A model generated the notes under the pieces. It was not told the origin of the DNA and searched no databases. It saw only the letters and a program-made list of their open reading frames with translations. From the NCBI GenBank assembly GCA_044440125.1, contig JBITAJ010000006.1:1-64000 (forward strand): 64,000 bases of DNA, written 5' to 3'. A program made the translations under genes and the position numbers. Shown here one piece after another: positions 20,101 through 27,965 of the stretch (the first letter of the stretch is position 1; the number at the start of each line of letters is the position of its first letter). Source of the DNA: Sedimentisphaeraceae bacterium JB056. Its GTDB lineage: Bacteria > Planctomycetota > Phycisphaerae > Sedimentisphaerales > Sedimentisphaeraceae.

Positions 20101-20954
20101 GGCAGACTGGTTCCGCTCATGGTAAAGTAATTGGTACCGGTCTTGGTATGGCTATAAGTCGTGAATATGCCAAGATAATGGGCGGCAATATAAATGTTAC
20201 CAGTAAAGTTGGTAAAGGAAGCGTCTTTAGATTTGAATTTGATGCTAATATTGTAGAGGGCCAGGAGTATGGATTGATCGAGCCTGAGCCGGATAACAAG
20301 ATAATCGGTCTTGCAGAAGGGCAGTCGGTTCCTCTTGTTATGATAGTTGATGATTCGGATACCAACCGTGATGTGCTAAGAATAATGCTCGAAAAGATAG
20401 GTATTGAAACTTGTGAGGCATATGATGGTTATTGTGCGGTAGATATGGTTAAAGAAACCAAACCTGATCTGATACTTATGGATATGCGTATGCCTGGTAT
20501 GGACGGAATTGAGACTTCCAAGAAAATCAGGGAGGAAGAGGGTAATAAAGGCATACCTATAATCATGGTGACGGCAAGTGCACTTGAAGAGCAGCGTGCT
20601 GAGAGCATGAGAGCAGGTCTTGACGGGTTCATTCGTAAGCCTTTCAAGGAATCTGAAATACTCAAAGAGATAAAGACAAAGCTCAAGCTTGAATTTGAAT
20701 ATGAGGTTTATGAATCTAAATCAGATAAAGATGAGTCGGCCAACGTGAGTGCTGAGGATCTGAATGAACTTTCTGATGAAACTATTGACGCGATAAAGGA
20801 TATGGCTGAGTGCGGCAATATAGCGGCTCTTAATGAACTGATAGAAACTAAGGTCAGAATTAAAAGTGAAAAGCTTGCTAATACACTTAAAGTTATGGTC
20901 GAAAATTACAGATATGACGGTATATTCGAACTTCTTAGTCAAAAGAAGAATTGA
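14118..20954 (+). CDS. Hybrid sensor histidine kinase: about 5 periplasmic solute-binding domains, TM, 4 PAS, HisKA, HATPase, REC
   Basis: Repeated 'e..Wl.....i.VG.....PP..F....G...D' PBP modules; TM IEVAVGFLIVIVVFVLWN; FLANMSHEIRTPMNAILG; NILGNAVKFT; DSGPGI; GTGLGMAIS; LMDMRMPGMDG...KPF. Confidence 0.92.
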   Translation: MRSILKQTLHNISVFEIVTRFILLFVVLGFFQTAYCDDISLDLNEQQLDWLAVNDTINVGVSSSLPPMSFSDKDGINRGINVDIIEIINSKLGGRLKIVSGPWPKIYQQASEGKLDALLVMNQSKVDANKFSFTQSYIDIPHVILGREQDVIYDSVESLSGKKVAVESNYYDKGSLSSTYSEVNFVDYETTGDALKAVFENQVDAYVGNLATVEYFIFNNPVFDHLKIHSKASFLSTENVIAVNESNAILKSILDRAIDSLGEDQRLQILSAWGVVDNIENIKSNCRSWFPASNKLTVYVDRRFSHGSKKDSDNQANCVFGILSSFTTQINYELDLVPLGADDLFDKARSLSENEIAILANNLEDPVYKDIYAVPGFLSYLSFYALNWQSVNYDSLESLRNKVIAIDDIRYLPKRVYDKLLSIDSSIVETHSIEKAINLAEEGKVDGYLGIDSFTDCILLENSDLMIRKSFVSSQSVTLKIVLPSSSIPYASDITSSISGIISMQRRSRLKQWSTNGILRSCPALNQDQLEWVKNNPVIKVPAGFFRPPFTMGTELNPEGLSFDYLELLTRQAGIKVEYVKEPIWLAQQNMLADGGVDLLPFIRPTNERSKYALFTEPYVEVSLGLFVNKNEYDVSGGIDVAGKKVAVLRDTKLEYDLSRKWTNVEIVSVAGIEEAVIMLSVGDVDAGIFDYASAMWVIERNRVKNVAAINRIASQEADSYKITMGVRDELDVLKNIIDLSYKSLTKREKEIIESNWIVSESAEVLPYWSSINDISRTSVPVYTESQERWIKKKKVIRVGSKNDWPPFDFLENNEAVGFGNDYIRLIADKAGLEIEFVYGYKWSTLLEMIRNQEIDILPAVWDTPERREYMNYLNPYHYSKHAVITPKDSSIKYLDEMSGKTLGLIEGFGVNQYIEQEYPDINFVYFPSPVDLLIAVENNNIDAAIEQVEFFNYMKSVNAVNNTKISSIYNNEGRGLQTLHIGLRNDDPMLFEVLQTASNSVSSNDFVKLKKKWLTRMNVADCRSLLTMEEQKWLDDHSVIDVGYDYAFPPLEFYENGRPVGIAVDILSILGDCLGVEFRFCEPQSWKSVTEKLKSGELDMYSCAAMTPERMEYAEFTSPYISIPCGIATRTDASLYVGGINELKDKRVAVVVGYALTEKLENDWPDLNYLYVDNFEEGLKAVKDGRAFAFVGNMLVAGYLIRENYYTEIHFTGETPYSLELCMAAGKHMPMLRSILQKSLDSISDEKKQNIIDNWSAVNIQQGVSPTTLIEVAVGFLIVIVVFVLWNLRLAKEIKARKTAEQNNIESERRFRVIFERSKDAIVIIDLAGRILNCNKAALGLLGFESKYDSQNYNIVDLFILKKGKTREQLRPKVVNSLMRIFQEGGGHFEALRQRVDGSHFMADMVLSPLRLREGRYLLISVRDRTEEYRIKEVMTRTQFAVDNAIDEIYFLDEEGKFVYANATALKNFGFNSDEIKGKTIYDINPKFNKPLWTNNWKECKQKGVLKFESVHIRSNGSEYPVEVWQHHIEINTNEFICSFVRDITQRNLMESQLRNSEQRTRVLFDTVQTGIVLIDAENRKIVDVNDSAIKMYGGVRSEVIGKTCDQVLCPADIDNCPILDKGQKLDNSERFLLCKDGSQIPILKTCSIVRLSGKDYVLESFVDITKQKEMEREIEEARQWLQTIIDTSDVLIFAKDKSGRYLLANKKFEEVVGVKKEDIIGKDDTDLFKPEMARRIMNADREIIKSKGMKIAEETMLSADGTVLDFISTKVPLYDDNGKFYALAGQSTDITSLKNMQKQLREAKEAAEAANKAKSVFLANMSHEIRTPMNAILGYTQLLLKDSELSGDNREYAEVISRSGEHLLGLINDILDMSKIEAGRVALNKEVVDFYGIIEDIESMFRVRTNDKGLDFVVNFKGKVPRFIEADSGKLRQVMINILGNAVKFTEYGSIVVTIGDCKRVNKDKDVRLYVQIADSGPGIANEEMNKVFEVFGQTGSAHGKVIGTGLGMAISREYAKIMGGNINVTSKVGKGSVFRFEFDANIVEGQEYGLIEPEPDNKIIGLAEGQSVPLVMIVDDSDTNRDVLRIMLEKIGIETCEAYDGYCAVDMVKETKPDLILMDMRMPGMDGIETSKKIREEEGNKGIPIIMVTASALEEQRAESMRAGLDGFIRKPFKESEILKEIKTKLKLEFEYEVYESKSDKDESANVSAEDLNELSDETIDAIKDMAECGNIAALNELIETKVRIKSEKLANTLKVMVENYRYDGIFELLSQKKN

Positions 20955-21005
20955 TGTATCATGATTCTAAACAATCCTAAAACGAACATCGTGTTCATAA
21001 AAGAC

Positions 21006-21033
21006 TTGTTTTCTGTTTTTGTCGTGCTATAAT
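21006..21033 (+). promoter_or_regulatory. Promoter of the thi operon
   Basis: TTGTTT (21006-21011), 16-nt spacer, TGc-TATAAT (TATAAT at 21028-21033), just before the riboswitch. Confidence 0.6.
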
Positions 21034-21045
21034 TATAAACCTGAA

Positions 21046-21135
21046 TGCCAGGGGAGCCCTTGATGGGCTGAGAGGTTGCCATTAGAGGCGACGACCCTTT
21101 GAACCTGCTTGGTTAGGACCAGCGTAGGGAGGTGC
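21046..21135 (+). ncRNA. TPP (THI-box) riboswitch aptamer
   Basis: GGGGAGCCC...GGGCTGAGA...GACCCTTTGAACCTG...TGGTTAGGACCAGCGTAGGGA directly upstream of thiS-thiG-thiH. Confidence 0.92.
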
Positions 21136-21150
21136 AACGCTTAAGAATTT

Positions 21151-21186
21151 AAACGCATGCCTTCCTGATGGGCATGCGTTTTTTTT
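21151..21186 (+). terminator. Riboswitch expression-platform terminator
   Basis: AAACGCATGCC-TTCCTGATG-GGCATGCGTT followed by a T-run. The GCCTTCCT segment could alternatively pair with AGGGAGGT of the aptamer. Confidence 0.8.
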
Positions 21187-21217
21187 GTTTTAAAATATAC
21201 ACACAAAAGGTGGGTAA

Positions 21218-21430
21218 ATGAGTGAGCTGATTATAAATGGCAAAGAACATCAGTATGATGATGGGAGTATGCCTCAAACCCTTGCCTTGCTTCTTGACGA
21301 GCTTGGCATCGATCAGGCTACCGTTGTCGCTGAAGTTGACGGAAAGATCGTTGAGCGGAAGATGTTTTCTACTCAGGAGCTTGAAAATGGACAGAAAATT
21401 GAACTTATACGCTTTGTAGGCGGGGGTTGA
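21218..21430 (+). CDS. thiS: Sulfur carrier protein ThiS
   Basis: 70 aa ending ELIRFVGGG; lies downstream of the TPP riboswitch. Confidence 0.95.
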   Translation: MSELIINGKEHQYDDGSMPQTLALLLDELGIDQATVVAEVDGKIVERKMFSTQELENGQKIELIRFVGGG

Positions 21431-21433
21431 AAT

Positions 21434-22213
21434 ATGGAAAATGACAAACTCATAATAGCCGGAAAAGAGATTAAATCACGTTTATTTGTTGGTACTGGCA
21501 AGTTTTCTTCGAATGCAGTAATGGCAGAGGCTATCGATGCTTCCGGGGCAGATATTGTTACCGTTGCCCTTCGCCGTGTTGATATTGAGAACGAAAACGA
21601 TGATATGCTGGGTGCGATAGATCAGTCGAAGTATCTGCTGCTTCCAAATACCTCTGGAGCGAGAGATGCTGAAGAGGCAATCAGGCTTGCACGTCTGGCA
21701 AGGGCGGCATCGGGTATCAACTGGCTCAAGCTTGAGGTTACACCTGATCCCTATTATTTGCTACCCGATCCGATAGAGACGTTGAAAGCGGCTGAAGTTC
21801 TTGTAAAAGAAGGCTTTATAGTGCTTCCTTATATCAATGCCGATCCTGTTTTGGCTAAGCATCTTGAAGATGCCGGCACTGCTACGGTTATGCCTTTGGC
21901 GAGCCCTATAGGTTCCAATCGCGGGCTTACTACTCGTGCGGCAATAGAGATAATCATATCGCAGTCAAATATTCCGGTGGTTGTGGATGCCGGGCTTGGT
22001 TTGCCTTCCCATGCGGCAGATGCTATGGAAATGGGTGCTGATGCGGTGCTGGTTAATACAGCAATTGCTGTGGCAGATGATCCGGTTGCGATGGCGAAAG
22101 CTTTCGCTCAGGCGACAGAAGCCGGCAGAACGGCATATCTTTCAGGACCGGGAGCGATAAGCATGAAAGCGAATGCATCAAGCCCGCTGACAGGCTTTTT
22201 GCGTGATGAATAA
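21434..22213 (+). CDS. thiG: Thiazole synthase
   Basis: [49 protein letters not shown]. Confidence 0.97.
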   Translation: MENDKLIIAGKEIKSRLFVGTGKFSSNAVMAEAIDASGADIVTVALRRVDIENENDDMLGAIDQSKYLLLPNTSGARDAEEAIRLARLARAASGINWLKLEVTPDPYYLLPDPIETLKAAEVLVKEGFIVLPYINADPVLAKHLEDAGTATVMPLASPIGSNRGLTTRAAIEIIISQSNIPVVVDAGLGLPSHAADAMEMGADAVLVNTAIAVADDPVAMAKAFAQATEAGRTAYLSGPGAISMKANASSPLTGFLRDE

Positions 22214-22217
22214 ATAT

Positions 22218-22241
22218 GTAGAGGCATGGCATGCTGTGCCC
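22218..22241 (+). repeat. GTAG-type REP-like palindrome between thiG and thiH
   Basis: GTAG-AGGCATGGCATGCTGTGCCC, an imperfect palindrome preceded by GTAG. Confidence 0.55.
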
Positions 22242-22294
22242 ATTTTTACAATCAGCATAGATTTAATAGTCTAAACACATTTTGCAAAATTAAA

Positions 22295-23446
22295 ATGAAC
22301 AAACAGCAAAAATTACAGGATATATTGGGCAGTTACGGTCTTGACAGTGATGAAGGGCCGGTTATTGATAAGCTGAATTCTATAACAGAATCTCAGGTAG
22401 AAGCTGAGCTTCGCAAAGAACCGGGCATCTATAGTATGAGCCGTATGATGACGCTTATAAGCCCTGCGGCTAAGAAGTACCTTGAGCAGATGGCTCAACA
22501 GTCACAGAAGCTTACGTTGCAGCGGTTTGGCAAGGTTAAACAACTTTATGTGCCATTATACGTGTCGAATTTCTGTATAAACGGCTGTGTGTATTGTGGG
22601 TTCAACTGCAAGAGCAAATTCGACAGAACCAGAATCACCGTTGATGAGGCTCGTGAGGATGCCGAGGTTATTGCGGCTGACGGGTTCAGGCATATATTGC
22701 TTCTCAGCGGCGAAGATATGCAGATTGATGCCGATTACTTCTGCCAACTGGCAAAGAAGATTCGCGATAAATTCAGTGCGATTGATATAGAAATATATCC
22801 TATGCAGGCTGATGAATATAAGAAGATGGCTGATGCCGGTATTGATGGTATTACGCTGTATCAGGAGACGTATAACCGTGAACTTTACAAAGAGGTTCAT
22901 CTTTCAGGTCCGAAGAGCGATTACGACTTCCGTCTGGAAACACCGCAAAGGGCTGCGGCTCAAGGTTTTAGACGTATAGGTCTGGGAGCTTTGCTTGGGC
23001 TTGGCAACTGGCGGCAGGAAGTGCTTGCGTTGGCTGCTCACGGCGATTATATAATGAAGCATTACTGGAAAAGTCAGGTTTCGTTTTCTTTTCCGAGGAT
23101 AAGGCCTGCCAATGATGTTGATTTGTCTTTGCCGCAGTATCGCAATATCGTTAATGATACAGAGATGGTTCAGATGATGCTTGCATTGCGTCTTTGTTTT
23201 GCTGATGCCGGTATTACTATTTCTACTCGTGAGAACTTAGAGTTCAGGGAAAATGTACTCGGATTGTGTATCACCAAGATAAGTGCCGGTTCCAAGACAA
23301 ATCCCGGCGGTTATTCGAGCAAGAAAGATGCTGTTGAACAATTCGAGATCGATGATGATAGCAGTCCGCAGCAGGTGGCGGCGATGATAAAACGTCACGG
23401 CTTCGAACCGGTATGGAAAGACTGGGACGCAGGTTTCTACGCCTGA
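22295..23446 (+). CDS. thiH: 2-iminoacetate synthase ThiH (radical SAM)
   Basis: YVPLYVSNFCINGCVYCGF (CxxxCxxC), YQETYN, SAGSKTNPGGY, VWKDWD C-terminus. Start placed at MNKQQ because the ORF-track N-terminus is translated REP DNA. Confidence 0.93.
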   Translation: MNKQQKLQDILGSYGLDSDEGPVIDKLNSITESQVEAELRKEPGIYSMSRMMTLISPAAKKYLEQMAQQSQKLTLQRFGKVKQLYVPLYVSNFCINGCVYCGFNCKSKFDRTRITVDEAREDAEVIAADGFRHILLLSGEDMQIDADYFCQLAKKIRDKFSAIDIEIYPMQADEYKKMADAGIDGITLYQETYNRELYKEVHLSGPKSDYDFRLETPQRAAAQGFRRIGLGALLGLGNWRQEVLALAAHGDYIMKHYWKSQVSFSFPRIRPANDVDLSLPQYRNIVNDTEMVQMMLALRLCFADAGITISTRENLEFRENVLGLCITKISAGSKTNPGGYSSKKDAVEQFEIDDDSSPQQVAAMIKRHGFEPVWKDWDAGFYA

Positions 23447-23502
23447 TGCCGTGAAGTGAAAGAATGTAGACTTTTAGCCAGTAATCGGTTATTATATTCG
23501 TT

Positions 23503-24909
23503 ATGGCTAAGGAAAACAGGATAGAAAATGATGTTATCGGGCAGTTGCCGATTAATAGTGATTCTCTGAGCGGGATTCATACGGCTCGTGCGATTGAGAA
23601 TTTCGGTGTAGTCGGCGGTTGCGTGAATCCACGGCTCTTGAGAAGCTACGGCACAGTGAAATATTGCTGTGCTATGGCTAATCACGATCTCGGTTATTTG
23701 TCTGACGAGATATATCCTTATATTTCGCAGGCTGCCAAGAGCGTTGAGGCTGGAGATTTTGATGTGAATCAGGCACCTGCCGCTTTGCAGGGCGGGGCGG
23801 GTACATCAACCAACATGTTTATCAATGAGCTGATTGCCAATAAAGCTCTTTTGCTTATGGGCAAAAAAATCGGCGATTATGATGTTGTCTCTCCGCTCAA
23901 TCATATCAATCTTCATCAGTCAACCAATGACACTTATCCCACGGCCTTAAAGGTGGCGGCTCTTATTGCTCTTAGTGAGCTTGAGCAGGTGGTAAGTGAG
24001 CTTACTGATGCGTTTCAGCGAAAAGAGAGAGAGTTTGCCGATGTTGTGAGGCTTGCGCGAACAGAGCTTTGCGATGCTGTGCCCATTACTCTGGGGCAGA
24101 ATTTCGGTGCATGGGCGGAAGCCTTCAGCAAAGACAGGTGGCGAATCTACAAATGCAGCGAGAGGCTTCGCGTCATAAATCTTGGTGGCACAGCCATCGG
24201 AACCGGTAACGGTGCGGACAGGCGTTACATATTTGCGGTAGCCGAGATGCTTCGTCAGGAAACTAACCTGCCGCTTGCACGTGCTGAAAATATGGTGCAG
24301 GCCACGCAGAACTGCGATGAATTTGTCGAGGTTAGCGGAATACTCAAGGCTCTGGCGACTAATCTTTTTAAGATAAGCAATGATTTGCGACTTCTTGCAA
24401 GCGGGCCTGAGAGCGGGCTTGGCGAGATAAAGCTTCCCGCAAGGCAGGCGGGATCATCAATCATGCCGGGCAAGATTAACCCGGTGATTACCGAGATGGT
24501 TTCACAGGTTGCTATGCAGGCGATAAGTCACGACAGTGCCATAACCCTTGCCGCGATGAATGGTCAGCTTGAGCTCAATGCTTTTCTGCCTCTGCTTTCG
24601 CACAATCTGCTTGCGATGCTTGATGAGCTGATTACTGCGTGCGAGAAGATGCGGGCATTTATGGTAGAGGATATTGAAGCCGACAAAGCCAGATGTGAGG
24701 ACAATCTACATAATTCGACCGCTGTTATCACGGCTTTTATTGGTAAGATCGGGTATGACAAGGCATCTGAGGTATCTAAAAAAGCAAGTCAAAGCGGCAA
24801 GACAATAAAGCAGGTGCTGCTTGAGGAGGGGCTTTGCAGTGAGGATGATTATGATATGCTGACCAGCCCTGAAGCAGCATTGGCATTGGGATTTAGACGA
24901 CGAAAATAA
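23503..24909 (+). CDS. aspA: Aspartate ammonia-lyase-like enzyme (fumarase/aspartase superfamily)
   Basis: QGGAGTSTNM, HQSTNDTYPTA, LGGTAIGTG, GSSIMPGKINP, GQLELN. Confidence 0.85.
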   Translation: MAKENRIENDVIGQLPINSDSLSGIHTARAIENFGVVGGCVNPRLLRSYGTVKYCCAMANHDLGYLSDEIYPYISQAAKSVEAGDFDVNQAPAALQGGAGTSTNMFINELIANKALLLMGKKIGDYDVVSPLNHINLHQSTNDTYPTALKVAALIALSELEQVVSELTDAFQRKEREFADVVRLARTELCDAVPITLGQNFGAWAEAFSKDRWRIYKCSERLRVINLGGTAIGTGNGADRRYIFAVAEMLRQETNLPLARAENMVQATQNCDEFVEVSGILKALATNLFKISNDLRLLASGPESGLGEIKLPARQAGSSIMPGKINPVITEMVSQVAMQAISHDSAITLAAMNGQLELNAFLPLLSHNLLAMLDELITACEKMRAFMVEDIEADKARCEDNLHNSTAVITAFIGKIGYDKASEVSKKASQSGKTIKQVLLEEGLCSEDDYDMLTSPEAALALGFRRRK

Positions 24910-24912
24910 TTG

Positions 24913-25049
24913 AAAATTAATAATTACGAATTAGGAATTAAGAATTGTGGTGTTCGCTAACGCTCACCATTTTTACGACTTTCGCCACGATGCAAGGATG
25001 CAGAGGTATTCTATAATATATTTTCTTAGCGTCTTAGCGTCTTTGCGTT
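24913..25049. repeat. Composite heptamer/hairpin/octamer repeat element
   Basis: aaaatta-ataatta-cgaatta-ggaatta-agaattg (24913-24947), TGGTG...CACCA hairpin (24948-24969), cttagcgt-cttagcgt-ctttgcgt (25025-25048). Confidence 0.6.
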
Positions 25050-25070
25050 AATTCTTTTTACGGGTAGTTA

Positions 25071-26030
25071 ATGGTATTTGATCACGAAACTTTTAGAAGA
25101 GGCGAGCGGCTTGAGATTGTAGTCGGCGGGGGCAAGGACGGCGAGCGGCTTGACAGTTATTTGTGCAGTCGTTTCAGTCATTTGAGCCGTGCGAAGATGC
25201 AGAGGATAATACGCTCACAGGGCGTTGAGGTTAACGGCAGCCTTGCCAAGCCTTCCAGACGTGTCTATATGAATGATCTCGTTGCTTTCGATTTACCCGA
25301 TAAGGAGCTTTTAGCCGAGCATATTCCGCTTGAGATAATTTATGAGGATGCGGATATCATTGTGATAAATAAACAGGCGGGTCTGCTTGTTCATCCTGCT
25401 AAGGGCAATAGCTGCGGCACAATACTCAACGGGCTTGCCTATTATGCCGCCGATAAATTCACTCCTGATATTGTCCATCGCCTCGACAGAAATACGAGCG
25501 GAGTTTTGATTGTCAGTAAGAATGCTGACGCCAATACATTTCTTTCCAATCAGTTTGCCGAGCGGACTACCGAGAAAAAATATATTGCTATCGTGCATGG
25601 AGCGGTTGAGCAGGAGACGGGCAAGATAGAAGAGCCGATTTCAACTAACGACTGCAATGAGCAGTATTATGTAACAGATGAGGGCAGATATGCCCTGACT
25701 TACTATAAGAGGCTGGCGGTTTCCGAGTGTGGCAAGTATTCACTGCTTGAGGTTGATATCAAAACCGGCAGAACCCACCAGATTAGAGTGCATCTCTCTC
25801 ATATGCGGCATCCGATTGTTGCCGATATACTTTACGGCGGAGAGCCATTGCGACTGCCCGCAGAAAATGGCGACCAGATAACGCTCGAAAGATGCGCCCT
25901 GCATTCATATAAACTGCAAGTCGTCCACCCCGCAAGCCACGAAAAAATCGAGTTCACAGCACCATTAAAACCCGATATGGCTATAATCAACAAACACCTT
26001 TTCGATTATCACTTTGGAGTGCTTGATTAA
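25071..26030 (+). CDS. RluA/RluD-family pseudouridine synthase with an S4 domain
   Basis: RLDSYL S4 domain, NKQAGLLVHP, VHRLDRNTSG, TGRTHQIRVH, HPIVAD.LYG. Confidence 0.9.
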   Translation: MVFDHETFRRGERLEIVVGGGKDGERLDSYLCSRFSHLSRAKMQRIIRSQGVEVNGSLAKPSRRVYMNDLVAFDLPDKELLAEHIPLEIIYEDADIIVINKQAGLLVHPAKGNSCGTILNGLAYYAADKFTPDIVHRLDRNTSGVLIVSKNADANTFLSNQFAERTTEKKYIAIVHGAVEQETGKIEEPISTNDCNEQYYVTDEGRYALTYYKRLAVSECGKYSLLEVDIKTGRTHQIRVHLSHMRHPIVADILYGGEPLRLPAENGDQITLERCALHSYKLQVVHPASHEKIEFTAPLKPDMAIINKHLFDYHFGVLD

Positions 26031-26093
26031 TGACCGGCGGGAGGCAATCAAACTTTGGAATTCTGTAGATACTATTTATCTGATACTTTTTTT

Positions 26094-26115
26094 TGCGGCT
26101 TTGCGTCCTTGCGTT
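26094..26115 (+). repeat. Octamer-based repeat, direct copy of 28148-28169
   Basis: TGCGGCTTTGCGTCCTTGCGTT vs TGCGGCATTGCGTCCTTGCGTT (21/22 identical). Confidence 0.65.
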
Positions 26116-26242
26116 TTGTTTTCAATCATCTTTCAGCAATTAACCTATCATGCAAGTTCGGAAGTTTAGAAGGAATACAGATAAAACTCCTAATCTTATG
26201 TTTTCTTGTAAAGAAAACAAGCCGTGCGGTGGCGTATTTGAA

Positions 26243-27331
26243 TTACTGGGTTAACGGCAGGGTGATGTCGAATACAGCACCGCCTTGTTTGCCGTTTTCA
26301 ACTTTTATGCTTCCGCCGTGGGAATTGACGATTTTCTTTACGATTGACATACCAAAACCAAAGCTTTCAGAATTACTTCCGGCAGCTAATCCTTTTCGGA
26401 ATGGTTCAAAGAGTTCGGCAAGATCTTCTTCAGAAAATCCAGGTCCTCCATCTGAAATGATTATGTTTATACCTTGGGAGTTGTCAGCCGTTTCTATTTT
26501 GACATATCCTTTTTCTGGCGAAAATTTGATGCAATTGATCAGTATGTTTTCCAGTACCTGTCGCACCTTGACTTTATCTACTTCAATGGTGCGATCTGCT
26601 GCTTTAAGAATGAGTTGCAGATTAATTGATTTCTCATTAAGTGATTGAGCGAAGACGTCTTTCATTTCTTTGATCAGATCGTGGATATTAATCTGTTCGA
26701 TGTTTAATTTGAATTTACCAGATTCTATCGCTTCAAAATTGAGTATATCAACTACCATTTGATGCATTAATTGTGATTCATTTCGGATAAACTGCAAGTA
26801 GCCGGCTTCTTCTTTTTCCTTGTCCAGATTAAGATTGATTTCAAGAAGCTGAGCGAAAGAGTTTACTCTTCGCAGAGGTCCTCTTAGATCATGACTGAGC
26901 ATTGAAACAAACTCATCCTTGAGCTTGTTTAATTTTTCAAGCTGGTGTTTCTGTTTGAAAAGATCACGGCTTAGATTTGCTATCTGCTGATTTGTAGAGA
27001 AAAGTTGTCTTTCGAGATCAAGCTGTTCGTAAGCATCTATGCCGCACATAACATCGTAAATATCATTGCGATGTGCTATAGTTCCATTAGCGGTAAAAAC
27101 TTCAAAATCAGGAACTTTTAGACTCAGGTTGCCTTTGTAAATACTTTCGGGGAAAAATGGTTCAAAATTTATCAAGACGTCTTTGATGTTCAAGTTTGTA
27201 TTTTGGCAAACAAGTTTTTTGAAACTTTTATTTGAAGAAAGGATGTTCCCACTTTGGTCATAAGAGAAGAGAAAAGGGGCGTATTCGCTGTCATTCACAT
27301 AATCAATTATTATGTTGTTGTTAAATTCCAA
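26243..27331 (-). CDS. Soluble sensor histidine kinase
   Basis: MLSHDLRGPL H-box, ENILINCIKFS N-box, DGGPGF, FGFGMSIV; PAS-like N-terminus; no TM segment seen. Confidence 0.88.
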   Translation of the reverse strand: MEFNNNIIIDYVNDSEYAPFLFSYDQSGNILSSNKSFKKLVCQNTNLNIKDVLINFEPFFPESIYKGNLSLKVPDFEVFTANGTIAHRNDIYDVMCGIDAYEQLDLERQLFSTNQQIANLSRDLFKQKHQLEKLNKLKDEFVSMLSHDLRGPLRRVNSFAQLLEINLNLDKEKEEAGYLQFIRNESQLMHQMVVDILNFEAIESGKFKLNIEQINIHDLIKEMKDVFAQSLNEKSINLQLILKAADRTIEVDKVKVRQVLENILINCIKFSPEKGYVKIETADNSQGINIIISDGGPGFSEEDLAELFEPFRKGLAAGSNSESFGFGMSIVKKIVNSHGGSIKVENGKQGGAVFDITLPLTQ

Positions 27332-27965
27332 TATACTCTTCCAGACTATTGGTAGTCATTATTTTAACCCCTGCAGGTATTTTTTCTTGTTTTATTCTTG
27401 AGAAAGCCTGTCCTCCTGCGATGATGTCAAGATTGGCTGCTTTTTGCTTTATCGATTTTACTGATTCAATAAAATTATCAAAATTAGATTCCATAGCAAC
27501 AGATAAGGCGATAAAGTCCGGCTGTTCGTTCTCAATCATTTCAAGCAGATCATTGTTTGGAGTGTTGGCTCCCAGAAAAAACGAATCAATTCCTTTGAGC
27601 TCAAAGATGTCGGCAACGATTTTTCCGCCTATTTGATGGTATTCATTTGCCGCGCAGCTCACAATAGCTTTACGTCCGGTTGGTTGATTGCGTGAATTGA
27701 ACAGCTTGGGATACACAATACTGAAAAGACTCTCTGTGATCGAGGTTGCCAGATGTTCGCGGGCAACAGATATTTCATTGCGTTCCCACATGTCTCCAAT
27801 TCTGTATAGTGATTCAGTAAATACATCACTGTAAATTTTTTCAATACAGTTATCATCAGCAATAAGGTCATTTATCAAAGCTGCGCAGTAGTCTCGGTTG
27901 CCGTGTACTAAAGCATTGATATATTCTTCCATTTGTTTGTCGGATAACAGCATTTTTTCAGACAT
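27321..27965 (-). CDS. Stand-alone cobalamin-binding-domain protein (CarH/AerR-type B12 module, no DNA-binding domain)
   Basis: Cap motif W-x9-EH (WERNEISVAREH), ExHxxG (EYHQIG), FLGANTP, IALSV. Overlaps the kinase start by 11 nt. Confidence 0.85.
   Translation of the reverse strand: MSEKMLLSDKQMEEYINALVHGNRDYCAALINDLIADDNCIEKIYSDVFTESLYRIGDMWERNEISVAREHLATSITESLFSIVYPKLFNSRNQPTGRKAIVSCAANEYHQIGGKIVADIFELKGIDSFFLGANTPNNDLLEMIENEQPDFIALSVAMESNFDNFIESVKSIKQKAANLDIIAGGQAFSRIKQEKIPAGVKIMTTNSLEEYIGI

Noticed and set aside
22295..23446. HydG hydrogenase maturase, given the neighbouring aspA
   Set aside because: It lacks the HydG C-terminal Cys extension, ends in the ThiH-type WKDWD, and follows a TPP riboswitch, thiS and thiG.
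26126..26220. Possible PIN-toxin remnant (minus-strand LPNLHDRLIA)
   Set aside because: Only a short motif resemblance, with no start or supporting context.
26055..26648. 197-aa plus-strand ORF
   Set aside because: Mostly antisense to the histidine kinase, and its start runs through repeat DNA.
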